A DNA stretch of 64,000 nucleotides. It comes from an uncultured Acidobacteriota bacterium (GTDB lineage: Bacteria; Acidobacteriota; Terriglobia; Acidiferrales; UBA7541). The stretch lies in contig CAVWSV010000016.1 of NCBI GenBank assembly GCA_963757905.1, positions 47,808 to 111,807 of the forward strand, written 5' to 3'. Positions 62,612-64,000 of the stretch are shown here, piece after piece; the first letter of the stretch is position 1; the number at the start of each line of letters is the position of its first letter. Position numbers and translations under genes: made by a program. The notes beneath the pieces are model-generated. The model worked only from the letters and a program-made list of their open reading frames with translations. It made no database searches and was not told where the DNA came from.

Positions 62612-64000
62612 ATGACTCCCAATGGCTGGCTTCAAATCGCAGTCTTTCTGGTTTTGATCTTTGCGATCACGAAGCCTTTTGGCGTTTTCCTGACCCGCGT
62701 ATTCAACCGCGATAAGACGTTTCTCGACCCGGTTCTGCGTCCAGTGGAGCGGCTACTCTATCGACTCACAGGTATTGATGAGGACCACGAGATGCGATGG
62801 ACGGAGTACGTCGTCGCAATGCTGCTCTTCAGCGCCGTCTCGATGGCGCTGCTCTACTTGATCGAGAGAGTGCAAACCTGGCTTCCGCTGAATCCGCGGA
62901 AGCTGGCCAATGTTTCACCGGCTCTGGCCTTCAATACAGCCGTTTCGTTTACCACGAACACGAACTGGCAGGCTTACACGCCGGAAACGACGATGAGCTA
63001 TCTGACGCAGATGGCCGGGCTCGCGTATCACAACTTTGCGTCTGCTGCTGTGGGAATCGCGCTGGCGATTGCCGTGATTCGCGGAATCGCGCGAAAGGAA
63101 ACGAACACTCTGGGGAATTTCTGGGTGGACATCACACGTGGCTTGCTGTGGGTGCTTCTCCCCGTTTGTTTGCTTGTGTCGCTTGTCTTTGTGTCGCAGG
63201 GAGTCATCCAGAACTTTAAGCCATACACCACGGTCCATCTGCTGGAACCTCAAACAGTGACAGTGACCGGCGCTGACGGAAAAACCACGATGCAGGCGAT
63301 TCGCGAGCAGGTGATCGCGCAAGGACCAGTAGCGTCGCAGGAAGCCATTAAGATGTTCGGGACCAACGGTGGCGGATTCTTCAATGCGAATAGCGCGCAT
63401 CCCTTTGAGAATCCAACTCCGCTCACGAACTTTTTACAACTCTTACTGATTTTCGCAATCCCGTCGTCTCTCACGTACACGCTGGGGCGGATGACCGGTT
63501 CACAGCGGCATGGATGGGCCGTGTGGGCGGCAATGGCTCTTCTTTTCATGGCCGGAGCAACAACAGCCTACTGGGCCGAGGCGCACGGCAATTCTCTTCT
63601 GCACGGTGTAGATCAACGAGCAACTCTCAGTCAATCCGGCGGCAATATGGAAGGTAAGGAAGTGCGGTTTGGCATCGCCGATTCCACCCTTTTCGCCACG
63701 GTTACCACGGATGCGAGCTGCGGCGCTGTAAACAGTGTGCACGATTCCTTTACGCCGCTCGGCGGACTGGTTCCGCTGGTTAACATCATGCTGGGAGAAG
63801 TGGTCTTCGGTGGCGTTGGCTCGGGCCTTTACGGGATGATCATCTTCGCAATTTTGGCGGTTTTTATCGCCGGGCTAATGGTTGGGCGAACACCAGAATA
63901 TTTGGGAAAAAAGATCGAGGCGTACGACGTAAAGATGGCGATGCTCGCCATCCTTATTCTGTCGTTCACCATCCTTGCCTTCTCAGCGATCGCCGTCGCC
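62612..64000 (+). CDS. kdpA: K+-transporting ATPase subunit A (3' end outside the window)
   Basis: Own translation: MTPNGWLQIAVFLVLIFAITKPFGVFLTRVF...FNTAVSFTTNTNWQAYTPE...GTNGGGFFNANSAHPFENPTP...GRTPEYLGKKIE. The frame is open for 463 codons to the window edge. It is missing from the ORF track because no stop is reached. Confidence 0.95.
   Translation, partial: MTPNGWLQIAVFLVLIFAITKPFGVFLTRVFNRDKTFLDPVLRPVERLLYRLTGIDEDHEMRWTEYVVAMLLFSAVSMALLYLIERVQTWLPLNPRKLANVSPALAFNTAVSFTTNTNWQAYTPETTMSYLTQMAGLAYHNFASAAVGIALAIAVIRGIARKETNTLGNFWVDITRGLLWVLLPVCLLVSLVFVSQGVIQNFKPYTTVHLLEPQTVTVTGADGKTTMQAIREQVIAQGPVASQEAIKMFGTNGGGFFNANSAHPFENPTPLTNFLQLLLIFAIPSSLTYTLGRMTGSQRHGWAVWAAMALLFMAGATTAYWAEAHGNSLLHGVDQRATLSQSGGNMEGKEVRFGIADSTLFATVTTDASCGAVNSVHDSFTPLGGLVPLVNIMLGEVVFGGVGSGLYGMIIFAILAVFIAGLMVGRTPEYLGKKIEAYDVKMAMLAILILSFTILAFSAIAVA

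Noticed and set aside
1-64000. Search for CRISPR arrays, tRNA, rRNA, tmRNA, RNase P and prophage or defence-island signatures
   Set aside because: I found no regularly spaced direct repeats, no tRNA-like acceptor/T-arm motifs, and no recognisable defence, phage or integrase genes. The only mobile element is the IS at 12457-14110.

Overview
GC-rich bacterial chromosomal window (GC not computed). The protein repertoire suggests Acidobacteriota: a CadC-like wHTH-TM-TPR regulator, exported proteins with a 'QKPLTNA[GD]V' module, a BBP2-type porin and many TPR or lipoprotein ORFs. This taxonomic call is inference only. No rRNA, tRNA or CRISPR array was recognised. Positions 1-34 kb are mostly housekeeping: uvrA (3' end), uvrC, mnmA, a cysteine desulfurase, xseB-ispA, tlyA-nadK, lysA, deoC, hpt, typA, a GGDEF response regulator, an S10 peptidase and an acyl-CoA desaturase. 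This part also holds one complete IS5/IS1182-like element (12457-14110) with perfect 22-bp inverted repeats, inserted at the stop codon of an ABC permease gene. mnmA and its neighbouring cysteine desulfurase both carry single-nucleotide frameshifts. Positions 34-55 kb form an unbroken minus-strand block. It runs CsbD, LemA, a degenerate M48-like pseudo-peptidase and an NTF2-like protein, then about 16 uncharacterised exported, lipoprotein or membrane ORFs. These ORFs are built from a few recurring paralogous modules and face a divergently transcribed CadC-like TPR regulator (55163-58045). This block is the best candidate for an undescribed envelope or surface system, but its function cannot be read from the sequence. 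It also contains decayed copies: two pseudogenised tandem paralogs and an OmpA-like domain hit by four 1-nt deletions. The right end carries a rubrerythrin-like gene, a glutamine-rich secreted protein, a SYLF-domain protein, and a BBP2 porin directly upstream of kdpF-kdpA. kdpA runs off the window and is absent from the ORF track. Many long ORFs in the track are antisense shadows typical of GC-rich DNA and were rejected.
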